Shown in pieces: positions 9,229 to 21,429 of a DNA stretch of 47,089 nt. The notes under the pieces were generated by a model. The model saw only the letters and a list, made by a program, of their open reading frames with translations. It made no database searches and was not told the origin of the DNA. The translations under genes and the position numbers were made by a program. The stretch lies in the NCBI GenBank assembly GCA_035084275.1, contig CM068756.1, positions 11,780,001 to 11,827,089 of the forward strand, read 5' to 3'. The DNA is from Hydrolagus colliei. Lineage: Eukaryota. Every line of letters begins with the position of its first letter. Position 1 is the first letter of the stretch.

Positions 9229-12200
9229 ACATGGATTAAAATAAGTAATAAATTATGTGCTTTATTTGTAATGTGGAATTACATGCCTTGCCCCGCCATA
9301 TTTAACCAATTTACTCTCCCCCTACAAGCCCACCCGACGCGAAAGGCGCTTTGAAGTGTAATTTGTTGTTGTTGTTGTTGTTATAAAGGTGCCAAGAGAA
9401 TGCCTCTTGGCAGAGGTAGAGTACTGACTCTCTTGAGAGACGTACTTTCCCTCTCCTTGCTGCAAGTATTGAATAAACTATATTTCTGACCTAACTCTGT
9501 TTGTGAGTGTTGGTTTCTTCCCAGCCTATAGCGACCACACGTGCATTTAACAATAACTGGACATTATACACCACCATAAATGTTCTAAATGGGACGTCCT
9601 CGCGATGTGAAAGCCTCTCTATAAATGTCATTTTGTTGTTTGTTGTAAAACTGTTTAAATGGATGAATATCACCGCTGTAACTATTACAATCTGTGTCCA
9701 AACAGAAAACAGAACACCGGGAGAATCTTTAAAATAACACGATGGGAGTTTTTTGGGTAAGAGGGGTAAAATGGTGGGGAAAGTTCCTTTAGAAAGGCAG
9801 CTGTGAGCTCTATATGGGGGTGGAAATTGTCCGTTGCGGCTGTCACTTCACAGCGTTGGGGGCTGGTTCACTTTAAGAGGTAAAACCCGCAGCCTCCGGT
9901 TTAAGATTCCAGGCATCTGGAGCTCCTGGTTGTCCAGTAATCTCTATAGTGGTCTATATAGCGCTGTCTCCCTCCGTCTGCTTCAATCCTCGTCCTTCTC
10001 TGGCTTCACTGTGACTCAGCAAAACGAGGAACTCAGTAACAAGGCCTCGGTCTTCAGCCGTTCTCGAACCTTCTCAGAACATTCAGATTTCCCGCCACTC
10101 ACCACCACAACGACTTCAGGGTTTGGGTTCGGTTTCTTTGTTATTGCAATACTTGACTGGAGCTGTCATACCTAACTCTAACATTAAAGCAAAACAGCAG
10201 ATTCTCAGTCGCCACTGAAAATTTAACTCTTTACTTCCAAAGTAGCAACAAAGATTGACAACACTTGCCCGATATCATGTATTTCACACAGCAAAATGTC
10301 CAACTTTCCCCATAAAGGATGAGGGAAGGGAGGTGATCGGGCCCAAAGGAATGGATAGCAGTTTTGGAAGCAGCAAAGAGGTCAGGAAGACAGAAGGAGC
10401 CCTGACTGCTGAGGGAGATTGTCTCGTCAGTTATTCTGACCATGTCGGACTCTGGTCAGTGGACAGAAACTGAACTAAAGGAGCTCTAGCTATGGCAATA
10501 ACTCATTCCAAAACTTTAGATAGGAAGGGCATGTTGGAGATCAGCCAGTAGTTGGGGAGTTTGGAGGGATCGAGGGTAGGTTTTTTTTTGAGGTGAGACG
10601 GTTGGTAGCAGTTTCACACAATTGGGAATGGTATCAGAAGAGAGGGCCAGGTTGATTATCAGGGGCCAAAAGAGGAGCAATTGTATGGTCAGAAACTGGG
10701 TGGGAAGGAGGTTATGGAGATGGTGGGCTTCATGTGACACGAGTCTGGAGAGGAACAGGTTAGGGTAAGGATGACAGGGGGTTAGAGGAATAAAACAGCG
10801 GGAGAAATGCAGCTCTGGGCTCCATCTAGTGGGGAAATTGGAACCTAATGGAGTATTTGAGAACATGAAAGGGTTCGGATGAGGTGAACATTACAGGTTG
10901 TTTCTGCTTGTTGGCCAATCCAAAATGAGAAGTCATCAACATAAAAGAGTTAGTCGCGCCTTTAAAAGATATCATGCAGAGTGTGGTGAGAAATGTGAAA
11001 CTCACTGTCAGCCACTGCAGTTGAGGCAAAAAGCATCTAACAACAACAATAAATTACCGTTTGTATCGCACCGTTCTCATCAGGAGGACATCCTAAAGCG
11101 CTGGACAATCAGCGATCCGCACCCGAGCTGGTGATTGGCATCAGGAGGAATGGATGACGAGGAAAGTAAGGGTCGGAGGGTGTCCCAAGGCACAGTCGAA
11201 GAGCAGACGGGTCTTCAAAGAGCCAAGTGTGGGAGTGATTTATTAACGATGTATTTAAGAGGAAGCATAATGCATACACGAGGGAAAGGGAAATAAAGGG
11301 ACAAAGTAGGGGGAGGGGGGTGTGGATTAGGAATGGCGAAGGGTGTGTATAAATCCCAGTGCAAGATAGTTTGACCTTATGATTTGTTTCTGGCCATAAC
11401 ACTCTATGTAACTCTGTGCAAGAGATGAATATCTCTGACCCAAAAATCATTTGAGGCAATGGAAATCCAGATTTCTTACAATATTTAAATAGAAATAGTG
11501 AATGACTGTAATACCATGTTATTTTGCACTCTGCACGTACACACTTTCCTGGAAGTAATGACTCCCGATGAGACTCGTAAAAGCTCAGACGACAAGCACA
11601 TTATTTATCAGGGTAGGTAAGGGAGAGGACATCACTCCAAGTGGGTTCAGCTAACGCTCAGGTTTGAAAAGATTCAAATAAAATTGGTCACTCACTCCAT
11701 AATAGTAATACTGTAGTAATCCTTTCATTTGATAGGGCGCTTTTCACATATTCTAGACGTCTCAAAGCGCTTCACAGAATATATTATAAAGTGAATTGAC
11801 TGTAGATATGTGGGCAAAATGTTTCAGTCAATTGCGCACAGCAGTGTCCCACAAACAGTCGTGGATTGAAATGTCCAATTTTTTTTTTGAGGGATTATTA
11901 TCAGGCGTGTGGATTAAGGAACACGTCCAAGTTTCGCCCTGACCGGGAAACAAACTCGGGTCTCTCACTTGTAAGGCGAGCGCTCTAACCACCGAGCTAC
12001 AGGACTCCATGGCTGTCTGTGGGTTTTTGCCGGGTGCAAACAACAAACAAAAACACTTAATCACCATTTTACAATATATCCTGTGATGATGTACTCCTAA
12101 CATGATACATGCTGCACTAAATGTGAGGATTATCATAATTCTATTGTTATTATTGAGACTCACACCAGTGTCACCCTGGAATACTATACTACTATAGTAG

Positions 12201-12305
12201 TATAGTAGTATAATAAATATCAGTAACAGGTTTGGATGAAATATCATGTCCATTAAATCACTAAATAACAATCATCAGACAACAGTATCCATGTTAAGTG
12301 CCTCA

Positions 12306-13319
12306 TTAAGCCCATTTGACAATGATGCTGGCGAAACCTTTAACGTCACGCAGTTTGTTGCTGTCGAAATCCACCATCAGTTTCCGTAAACCCAGCTTGA
12401 AGGGTGTGAAGGGCACCGTGATCACCACCTCTTGTCCGGGTTTGATTTCTTCATTTCTGTATCGAATCAGAGAGTCACGAAGGAATGAAATATGAAAGGC
12501 GTTTTAATTTCTCTGTAGGGTTTTTAATTGAAACAGCCAAACACTTGCTCAGAGTAAAGTGTGCGTAAGTACAATTGACTTTAATTATCATCACATTGAC
12601 AGTTAATAATCCCATAACAGATAAAAATAAAATGGATTATTTAAATCCACAACTGTGTGGGACACTGCTGTGCGCAATTGCCTGCCACATTTCGCTCACA
12701 AATATACAGTCAATTCACTTGACAGTATATTCTGTGAAGCGCTTTGAGACGTCTAGAAGACGTGAAAAGCACTATGTCAAATGTAAGGCTTACATTAAGA
12801 TTCACTGCACGATCTCCCAGTGTTTGTATTTGAGTAAGTTTTACTCACGGAGACTGAACCTCTTGCAGATCGAGGAGCCCTGCCCCCTCCAGGGTGAAGA
12901 TCCCCTTGGTTAACGTGATGGGGAGGGGGTTTGAGAACTTGACTTGGACGAGCAGTTGCTGGTACAGGATTGGCTCACCAATCACCTGCCGCAAGGGGAA
13001 GAAAGAAAGAAATGCACGTGGAACGGATTTCAAAGGCGAACGTCACCCGCGACAGTCGATTTGCGCCCAGCCGACGTGAAATACTCCTGAACTAGCCGTC
13101 CGTCCACTCTGGAAACGTAAAGAGGAGTGAAATCGGTGGCTCGTGGGAGGACACTGACCTTCAGAGCGAGCCGAGGCGGGTTCAGGGCAATGTTGCGTTC
13201 CTTCAGAGTCACTTCAGACCGGCCCTTCGAGGTGGCTGCCACGATCAATCGGATCACATTGTGTTCGGAGAGATGCTCCCCGTAATGCTCGTATTGAAAC
13301 CTCAGAACTTCTCTTTGTT
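12306..13319 (-). pseudogene. Partial duplicate 2 of transglutaminase exons 11-13 (13159-13319, 12849-12985, 12306-12456)
   Basis: Copy of duplicate 1 offset by about 5675 bp; same breakpoint (13458). Confidence 0.9.
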
Positions 13320-14524
13320 CTGAACCGACAGGAAAAAAACAGTGACAGTGACAAATCCTTGCCTTGGCTGTGGCCAGCGCTTTATCAATTCCCCAGAGAT
13401 GTCTCACGGCGCTTCACAGGATGTGCGCAAAGTGGTTCGACTGTATGTATTTTGCGGCCTTCAAGGACCATCTCAAAACCCTCCTCTTTGGTCACCCTCC
13501 TACCCACAACCTCCCTGCCTTCCACCCCTCCTGAACCCAACCAGCAGCTCGGCGAGAAATCAGAATTTTCGAGAAGCCCTGAGGAATCCTCCCATCAGCA
13601 GTCAATCAGTTGGGCGGATTCATACGTGGTGCTTCCCTATTGGTTTGTCGGTTGTGGCAAAACATATATCAGACGATTGCGCACGCATCCTAGTGCCATT
13701 TTGTGAAGAGCGGCGGGTGAGTGAGGACGCGTTCAAAATTTCTTTTGAATAATCACAGAGTTTATTGGGATTGTCTTTGGCATGACTACAATATCATCTT
13801 TCAGGCACAAACACGTCTGGGGCGTACATGACAAACATATTTTTTTCTAATTATTCAGAACTCTGCAGCTCGTGTACTCTCCCGCTCTAGGCTCCGCGAC
13901 CACATCACTCCCACCCTCGCCCGTCTCCACTGGCTCCCCACTCCCCAGAGGGTTGAATTCAAGATCCTCGTCCTCACTTTCAAGGCCATTGGTTTGAACG
14001 TCGTGGCAAGACACAGATCAGAGGATCGCACACGCATCGTAGTGCCATTTTGTGAGTGAATTCAAGATCCTCATTCTCACTTTCAAGGCCATTCACGGCC
14101 TTCCCCCGCCTATCTCTCCAACCTGCTGTCTACCTATCAGCCTGCCTGTCCCCTCCATTTAGCAGGCTCTGGCCACATCCCCCACCCAAACCGCCCCACC
14201 ATCGGTGGCCAGGCTTTCAGCCTCTCTGCCCCCACACTCTGGAACTCCATCCTGCAATTCCTTTGCCTCACTTCCTCTCTTTCCTCCTTCAAGGCCTGTC
14301 TCAAGACCTTCCTCTTCGACCATGCCTTCTGCTCCTCTCCTGACTCTCCCCCCTCTCCTACTCTCCTTCCCCCAACCCCTGAAAACCCCCCACCGCCACC
14401 CACCCCACCACTTGGGTCCCGACCTAACTGTTCAGCTCCTTGGAATGTCCACGCGACGTGAAAAGCGCTCTAAAATGTACGTTTGTTGTGGTTGTTGTTT
14501 TATAGCTGCTTATTAACCAAGACG

Positions 14525-14911
14525 ATGAGTTTTCTCAGCTGGGTACGTTCATGCAGGCAATTTATTCAGAAGTTGTACAACAGATTTCATTATGGAGACA
14601 GAGGATACAACCAACCGCTTGCAATGACTGCTACGATTAACCAGAATACAGATGCATCATACAATATGACCAGTATAAATGGTAACAATAATGTTAACAA
14701 CCCTGTTGTCATTTATAAGCCGAAATATTTAATATTGCGTGTAAATGATACTGAAACATGTAATACTTTTACTCTGTCTAGAATGGGAAACATGCCATTA
14801 TTTGGCTATAATTCTAATCTCAGTAGCCAAAGACATCAGGTTGGATCTCTGAATGTCTATCCCACCTATAATATGGTGCCTAACCCGGACGTTATTTTAG
14901 ACATTGATTAA
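14525..14911 (+). CDS. Subfamily B' protein (128 aa)
   Basis: Same structure as 8857-9228; donor at 13717; ends ...VPNPDVILDID. Confidence 0.65.
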   Translation: MSFLSWVRSCRQFIQKLYNRFHYGDRGYNQPLAMTATINQNTDASYNMTSINGNNNVNNPVVIYKPKYLILRVNDTETCNTFTLSRMGNMPLFGYNSNLSSQRHQVGSLNVYPTYNMVPNPDVILDID

Positions 14912-15828
14912 AATAAGTAATAAATTATGTGCTTTATTTGTAATGTGGAATTACATGCCTTGCCCCGCCATATTTAACCAATTTACTCTCCCCCTACAAG
15001 CCCACCCGACGTGAAAGGCGCTTTGAAGTGTAATTTGTTGTTGTTGTTGTTATAAAAGTGCCAAGAGAATGCCTCTTGGCAGAGGTAGAGTACTGACTCT
15101 CTTGAGAGACGTACTTTCCCTCTCCTTGCTGCAAGTATTGAATAAACTATATTTCTGAGCTAACTCTGTTTGTGAGTGTTGGTTTCTTCCCAGCCTATAG
15201 CGACCACACGTGCATTTAACAATAATTGGACATTATACACCACCATCAATGTTCTAAATGGGACGTCCTCGCGATGTGAAAGCCTCTCTATAAATGTCAT
15301 TTTGTTGTTTGTTGTAAAAATGTTTAAAGGGATGAATATCACCGCTGTAACTATTACAATCTGTGTCCAAAAATAAAGTTGCATCAATTTATACATGAAA
15401 TGCCTCAGCTTTTTCTCAACTACTGACTTAAACAGAACACCGGGAGAATCTTTAAAATAACACGATGGATGGGAGTTTTGTGGGGTAAAGGGGTAAAATG
15501 GTGGGGAAGGTTCCTTTAGAAAGGCAGCTGTGCGCTCTATATGGGGGTGGAAATTGTCCGTTGCGGCTGTCGCTTGGACTTTCACAACGTTGGGGGCTGG
15601 TTCACTTTAAGAGGTAAAACCCGCAGCCTCCGGTTTAAGATTCCAGGCATCAGGAGCTCCTGGTTGTACAGTAATCTCTATAGTGGTCTACATAGCGCTG
15701 TCTCCCTCCGTCTGCTTCAATCCTCGTCCTTCTCTGGCTTCACAGTGACTCAGCAAAACAAGCAACTCGGCATCAAGGCCTCGGTCTTCAGCCGTTCTCA
15801 AACCTGAAATCTTGCCGTCCACACCCAT

Positions 15829-15986
15829 GTTCTCGTACTTTCTCAGAAAATTCTGATTTCTCAATCGAAAACCATATTTGGCACTTCTTTTGGTTTTAAG
15901 TGCGTGTGCGTGACGCAACATAGTCTATATAAGAGGATCACAGACACTGCCTTATGCCACTTGAGAGGCGCGGTTAGCGGGTGAAG
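15829..15986 (+). promoter_or_regulatory. Putative promoter and exon 1 of subfamily C' (copies near 22347 and 28868)
   Basis: TTCTCAGAA, TGACGCAA and TATATAA retained; central HSE unit changed GAA>GTA. Confidence 0.5.
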
Positions 15987-16081
15987 GTGTATTTACGAAA
16001 TTGCAAGTATTTAATATATTTAATAGTTTTTTTTATATCTTATATAAAAAAACTGATTTTTTTAGAAACTCAGGCACGATT

Positions 16082-16432
16082 ATGTGCTTTCTAAATGTTT
16101 TACTTTCATGCTGGCCAATGATTATAAAGATTTGCAAAGGTCTTGGTTTTGGGGACAGAGGAGGCAGAAACCCGCTTCCAACAACGGCCATGGCTGGCCA
16201 AAATGCAGATGGATCATACAATCCAACCAATATAATAGGCAACGATAACTGTATTATCAACTTTAAGAATCATTATATGATTAATAACAGAGCGTACAAT
16301 AATGTGGATTCAACTGCTATTGCACTGGTTCTACCGGTCTGTAACTCCAGTCTCTGTAGACAAAGGCATCAGCTTGGATCCCAGGATGGCTTTCCCGCCA
16401 CCAATACGGTGTTTAATCCAGACCGCACTTAG
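16082..16432 (+). CDS. Subfamily C' protein (116 aa, MCFLNVLLSCWPMIIKICKGLGFGDRG...)
   Basis: TATATAA at 15926-15932, ttttttttag acceptor just upstream of the ATG, ATTAAA after the stop. Confidence 0.6.
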   Translation: MCFLNVLLSCWPMIIKICKGLGFGDRGGRNPLPTTAMAGQNADGSYNPTNIIGNDNCIINFKNHYMINNRAYNNVDSTAIALVLPVCNSSLCRQRHQLGSQDGFPATNTVFNPDRT

Positions 16433-16572
16433 TTATTGTATTAAAATGAACAACAATTGATGCGCATTATTGATAAATGATCTAATATTCATTGAGACAC
16501 GAATATCACCTGATATCGAATGCTATAATTATTACAATCTGTTATTATAATTACCGGTATTACAATCTGTGT

Positions 16573-16638
16573 AAAAAAAAGAAAATTACAAAAAAAGAAA
16601 ATTACAAAGAAAGAAAATTACAAAAAAAGAAAATTACA
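16573..16638 (+). repeat. 16-bp minisatellite (aaaaaaagaaaattac) x4; copies at about 23091 and 29612; two units at about 3460-3492
   Basis: Read directly from the sequence. Confidence 0.85.
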
Positions 16639-17282
16639 ACTTTCTGCTTGTTTTAAAACGGGGTCTCCGGCATTATGCAGATTGTACAAGTTTCCAACAA
16701 TAATCACGTTGAAAACCATAATGGAATCATGTTTGTGAGCAATTGTGGGTTAAGCAGTGGCGAGTATATACTGTGTACATATAAATACATATACATAGTT
16801 ATTGAAAACCACAAAAAAGAAGTTTAAACAACAGGATTAAAATATTCTTTAGAAAAATGACAAACCAGTTACCTGCTCAATGGCGAGATGCTCTGTTGCT
16901 GCGGCTGTGACCCTCACACGCTGTCACACACACCACGACCACGATATACTAGAATATCCTTCACATCCACATTCGGAGAGCAATGAGAGAGCAATGAACC
17001 AATGAGAGCAACAGATTGAACTAACTCAGCGGCTGTAAACTTTATTATTTCAATGAATAAAAATCATTTTAAAAGTTTATTTGTGTTTTATTTGTAAGTG
17101 GGCATTGTACAGTAGCACAGGCGCTCTAAATGGTTGTTTTATTAGCAACAGAAAGATTCAATGTGAAATTCAAAACTACAAAATACATCGGCGTTTAAAC
17201 AACGGGATTAAAATACCCTTTGGAAAAATGAACACAACTTTGTACTGAAAATCTAGTATTAAACAGCGGCTGGAATAACCTC

Positions 17283-17640
17283 TTGTTACGCCCACCCGGA
17301 CCCTCCGTTCAGCCGGTCTTGGCCTGCTCCAAGCCCCCCGCCCGAACCGCCCCACCATTGGAGGCTGGGCTTTCAGTTTCTCCGCTCCCACCCTGTGGAA
17401 TTCCATCCCCCAATCCCTCCGTCTTGTTTCTTCCCTTTCCTCTTTCAAGGCCGGTTTGAAGACTTTCCTCTTCGACCGTGCCTTTTGTTCCACCCCGAAT
17501 TTTTCGACCTCCCCTACGTGTTTCACCCCTTCCCGAACACTCCCCTCCCAGCTCGGGTCACACGCCTCCTGTGCAGCGCCTTGGGACGTCCTTCCGACGT
17601 GAAAGACGCTTTATAAGTTTAAGTTGTTGTTGTTGTTGTT
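17283..17640 (+). mobile_element. L2 3' fragment (copies at about 23801-24155 and 30322-30680)
   Basis: Encodes ...RTLRS...GGWAFSFSAPTLWNSIP...LSSFKAGLKTFLF, typical L2 ORF2 end, then (TTG)n. Confidence 0.85.
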
Positions 17641-18466
17641 CTCCCCTTCCTTTCCTCTGACTTTAACCCTGTCTTTAACCTCTCAGATTTCATGCAGATT
17701 TTCATCCAATATTGACGACAAGCCATAAACAGAGCCATGCCTAAGGGTTTCGTTTGTACCGAATCATCCGATGGTAAAGTAAAGAGTTGTTTCAAGTTTG
17801 CTCCTTTCATTCCAAAAATTGTGAAACCGACAGCCTTAAGAAGAAAATTAAGAAGAATATTAAGGATCAATGAGCTCAGAGTGGGGGAGAGCCACGTTTG
17901 TTTGGGAGCATTCCCGTTTCTCTCTCCCCTTATCAAAAAAAATGCCTTAGAACTTTTAATATAATAATAGTCCTTGCATTTGATATATCGCTTTTCACGT
18001 CTTCCAGACGTCTCAAAGCGCCGCACAAAATATACCGTTAAGTGAATTGACTGTATATTTGTGGGCGAAATGCGGCAGCCAATTGTGCACAGCAGCGTCC
18101 CTGATTCTAAGGTCCCTGATTCAAGTGACGGTGCTTGGTGTGAGAGGGATTAGATGTGGAGTGGGAATGGGTAACGTCAGTGTTGGAGCTGGGATGGAAC
18201 CAGGCCTGCGAAGTGGAGCCTGGATTTGAGGCCTGAACGAACAACTTCAAGGACCATCTCAAAAGCCTCCTCTTTGACCATGCCTCTGGTCACCCTCCTA
18301 CCCACAACCTCCCTGCCTTCCACCCCTCCTGATCTGCATATCCTTGAGCGGCCAGGGCTTTGGGATGTCCTCTCAATGTGAACGGTGCTATACAAATGTC
18401 ATTTGTTGTTGTTGTTGTTGTTGTTCTGAGCAGGCGAGAAATCAGAATTTTCATGAAGCCCTGAGG

Positions 18467-18810
18467 TGGAGCTCCTGTGGCTCAGTGGTTAGAGCACTTG
18501 TCTTGCAAGCTGGGGAGACCAAGCTGGGGAGACCTGTGCTCGAATCCAGGCAGGTCAGGCGAACCCTTGGGCAAGTTTCCTTACTCCACACGCCTAATAA
18601 TAATCTCTCCAAAAAAAACACAATAATAAAATTGGTCATTTCAACCCACGACTGTGTGTGGGACACTGCTGTGCGCAATTGGCTGCCGCGATTCGCCCAT
18701 TAATGTATACAGTCAATTCACTTTACAGTATATTCTGTGAAGCGCTTTGGGACATTGATAAGATATGGAAAGCGCTATATCAAATGCAAGGAATATTATT
18801 ATTGTTATTG
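18467..18810 (+). mobile_element. Full-length tRNA-SINE inserted in the A'' promoter (copies 24988-25331, 31518-31862)
   Basis: tggctcagtggttagagc A box, ctcgaatcc B box, L2-type tail and (TTA)n; absent from the homologous site near position 101. Confidence 0.9.
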
Positions 18811-19731
18811 TTAAACGTGGAGGATTTGACGCGGAAGCACTCGGATCTGGAATCCCCCTCATCAGCAGCCAATGAGTTGGATTCATACGTGGTGCTTTCC
18901 TATTGGTTTGAAGATCGTGGCAAGACACAGATCAGAGGATCGCACATGCATCCTAGTGCCATTTTGTGAAAAGCAACAGGCAAGTTAAGACATGTTCAAA
19001 ATTTCTTTTGAATAATCACAGAGTTTATTGGGATTGTCTTTGGCATGACTACAATATCATCTTTCAGGCACAAACACAAACACGTCTGGGGTGTACTCGA
19101 CAAACAACATTTTTTTTCAGATTATTCAGAACTCTGCAGCTCGTGTACTCTCCCGCTCTGGGCTCCGCGACCACATCACTCCCACCCTCGCCCGTCTCCA
19201 CTGGCTCCCCATTCCCCAGAGGGTTGAATTCAAGATCCTCGTCCTCACTTTCAAGGCCATTCACGGCCTTCCCCCGGCTATCTCTCCAACCTGCTGTCTA
19301 CCTATCAGCCTGCCTGTCCCCTCCGCTCAGCAGGCTCTGGCCACGTTCCCCGCCCGAATCGCGCCACCATCGGTGGCCGTGATGCTTCCTGCCTCCACAC
19401 TCTGGAACTCCATCCCGCAATTCCTTTGCCTCGCTTCCTCCCTTTCCTCCTTCAAGGCCGGTCTCAAGACCTTCCTCTTCGACCGTGTCATCTGCTCCCC
19501 TCCTAACTCTCCCCACTCTCCTACTCTCCTTCCCCCAACCCCGAACCGCCTTCCCCCACTCCCCCACTCGGGTCCAGACCTAACTGTTCAGCTCCTTGGG
19601 ATGTCCACGCGACATGAAAAGCGCTCAAAAATGTACTTTTGCTGTGGTTGTTGTTTTATAGCTGCTTGCAAATCACAAGAACAACCAAGAGGACTCGACA
19701 GAAGCTCAGGCTTGAACGAAGTTCCACCAAG

Positions 19732-19980
19732 ATGTTAAGCCTATCCGACGGGATATGTTCATGGAAGCAAATTATTCAGAATTATTCATGGAAGCAAATT
19801 ATTCAGATGTTGTACAACTATTTTTGTTCTGGAGACAGAGGAGACAGCAAACCGCTTGCAACGAAGGTCACCCTCCTACCCACAACCTCCCTGCCTTCCA
19901 CCCCTCCTGATCCCAACCAGCAGCTCGTGTGCATGCATATCCTTGACTGGCCAGGGCTTTGGGACGTCCTCTCAACATGA
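19732..19980 (+). pseudogene. 3'-truncated subfamily A copy (A'', 82-aa chimera with L2-derived tail)
   Basis: Matches A up to KPLAT (about 19864) then reads into L2-derived sequence; donor CAG|GCAAGT at 18980, acceptor at 19661. Confidence 0.55.
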
Positions 19981-21042
19981 ACGGTGCTAAACAAATGTCA
20001 TTTGTTGTTGTTGTTGTTGTTCTGGGCAGGCGAGAAATCAGAATTTTCAAGAAGCCCTGAGGTTAAACCTGTAGGATTTGACTCGGAAGCACTCGGATCT
20101 AGAATCCTCCCATCAGCAGTCAATGATTTGGGCGGATTCATACGTGGTGCTTCCCTATTGGTTTGAAGGTCGTGGCAAAACATAGATCAGACGATTGCGC
20201 ACGCATCCTAGTGCCATTTTGTGAAGAGCGGCGGGTGAGTGAGGACGCGTTCAAAATTTCTTTTGAATAATCACAGAGTTTATTGGGATTGTCTTTGGCA
20301 TGACTACAATATCATCTTTCAGGCACAAACACGTCTGGGGCGTACATGACAAACATCTTTTTTTCTAATTATTCAGAACTCTGCAGCTCGTGTACTCTCC
20401 CGCTCTAGGCTCCGCGACCACATCACTCCCACCCTCGCCCGTCTCCACTGGCTCCCCATTCCCCAGAGGGTTGAATTCAAGATCCTCGTCCTCACTTTCA
20501 AGGCCATTGGTTTGAACGTCGTGGCAAGACACAGATCAGAGGATCGCACACGCATCGTAGTGCCATTTTGTGAGTGAATTCAAGATCCTCATTCTCACTT
20601 TCAAGGCCATTCACGGCCTTCCCCCGCCTAACTCTCCAACCTGCTGTCTACCTATCATCCTGCCTGTCCCCTCCATTTAGCAGGCTCTGGCCACATCCCC
20701 CACCCAAACCGCCCCACCATCGGTGGCCAGGCTTTCAGCCTCTCTGCCCCCACACTCTGGAACTCCATCCTGCAATTCCTTTGCCTCACTTCCTCTCTTT
20801 CCTCCTTCAAGGCCTGTCTCAAGACCTTCCTCTTCGACCATGCCTTCTGCTCCTCTCCTGACTCTCCCCCCTCTCCTACTCTCCTTCCCCCAACCCCTGA
20901 AAACCCCCCACCGCCACCCACCCCACCACTTGGGTCCCGACCTAACTGTTCAGCTCCTTGGAATGTCCACGCGACGTGAAAAGCGCTCTAAAATGTACGT
21001 TTGTTGTGGTTGTTGTTTTATAGCTGCTTATTAACCAAGACG

Positions 21043-21429
21043 ATGAGTTTTCTCAGCTGGGTACGTTCATGCAGGCAATTTATTCAGAAGTTGTACAACA
21101 GATTTCATTATGGAGACAGAGGATACAACCAACCGCTTGCAATGACTGCTACGATTAACCAGAATACAGATGCATCATACAATATGACCAGTATAAATGG
21201 TAACAATAATGTTAACAACCCTGTTGTCATTTATAAGCCGAAATATTTAATATTGCGTGTAAATGATACTGAAACATGTAATACTTTTACTCTGTCTAGA
21301 ATGGGAAACATGCCATTATTTGGCTATAATTCTAATCTCAGTAGCCAAAGACATCAGGTTGGATCTCTGAATGTCTATCCCACCTATAATATGGTGCCTA
21401 ACCCGGACGTTATTTTAGACATTGATTAA
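21043..21429 (+). CDS. Subfamily B' protein (128 aa)
   Basis: Same protein as 14525-14911; donor at 20235. Confidence 0.65.
   Translation: MSFLSWVRSCRQFIQKLYNRFHYGDRGYNQPLAMTATINQNTDASYNMTSINGNNNVNNPVVIYKPKYLILRVNDTETCNTFTLSRMGNMPLFGYNSNLSSQRHQVGSLNVYPTYNMVPNPDVILDID

Larger units (their letters stand above)
3870..13458. repeat. Tandem segmental duplication, period about 5.67 kb, a third copy of which (about 32.9-38.7 kb) runs into the intact transglutaminase
   Basis: Identical ORF translations at offset 5675 (4556/10231, 7170/12845) and about 30916 (7170/38086). Confidence 0.95.

Noticed and set aside
16865-16980. Minus-strand exon-like stretch ending CAG|GTAACT
   Set aside because: The frames I read contain stops and there is no clear acceptor.
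18467-18550. tRNA gene
   Set aside because: A and B boxes continue straight into SINE body and L2-type tail; it is a SINE head, not a cloverleaf tRNA.
19091-19738. 215-aa ORF (and copies at 25612, 32143, 263) as a host gene
   Set aside because: It is the C-terminal remnant of L2 ORF2 (HITPTLARLHWLP, LWNSIP, FKAGLKTFLF) with a non-ATG start and frameshifts between copies.
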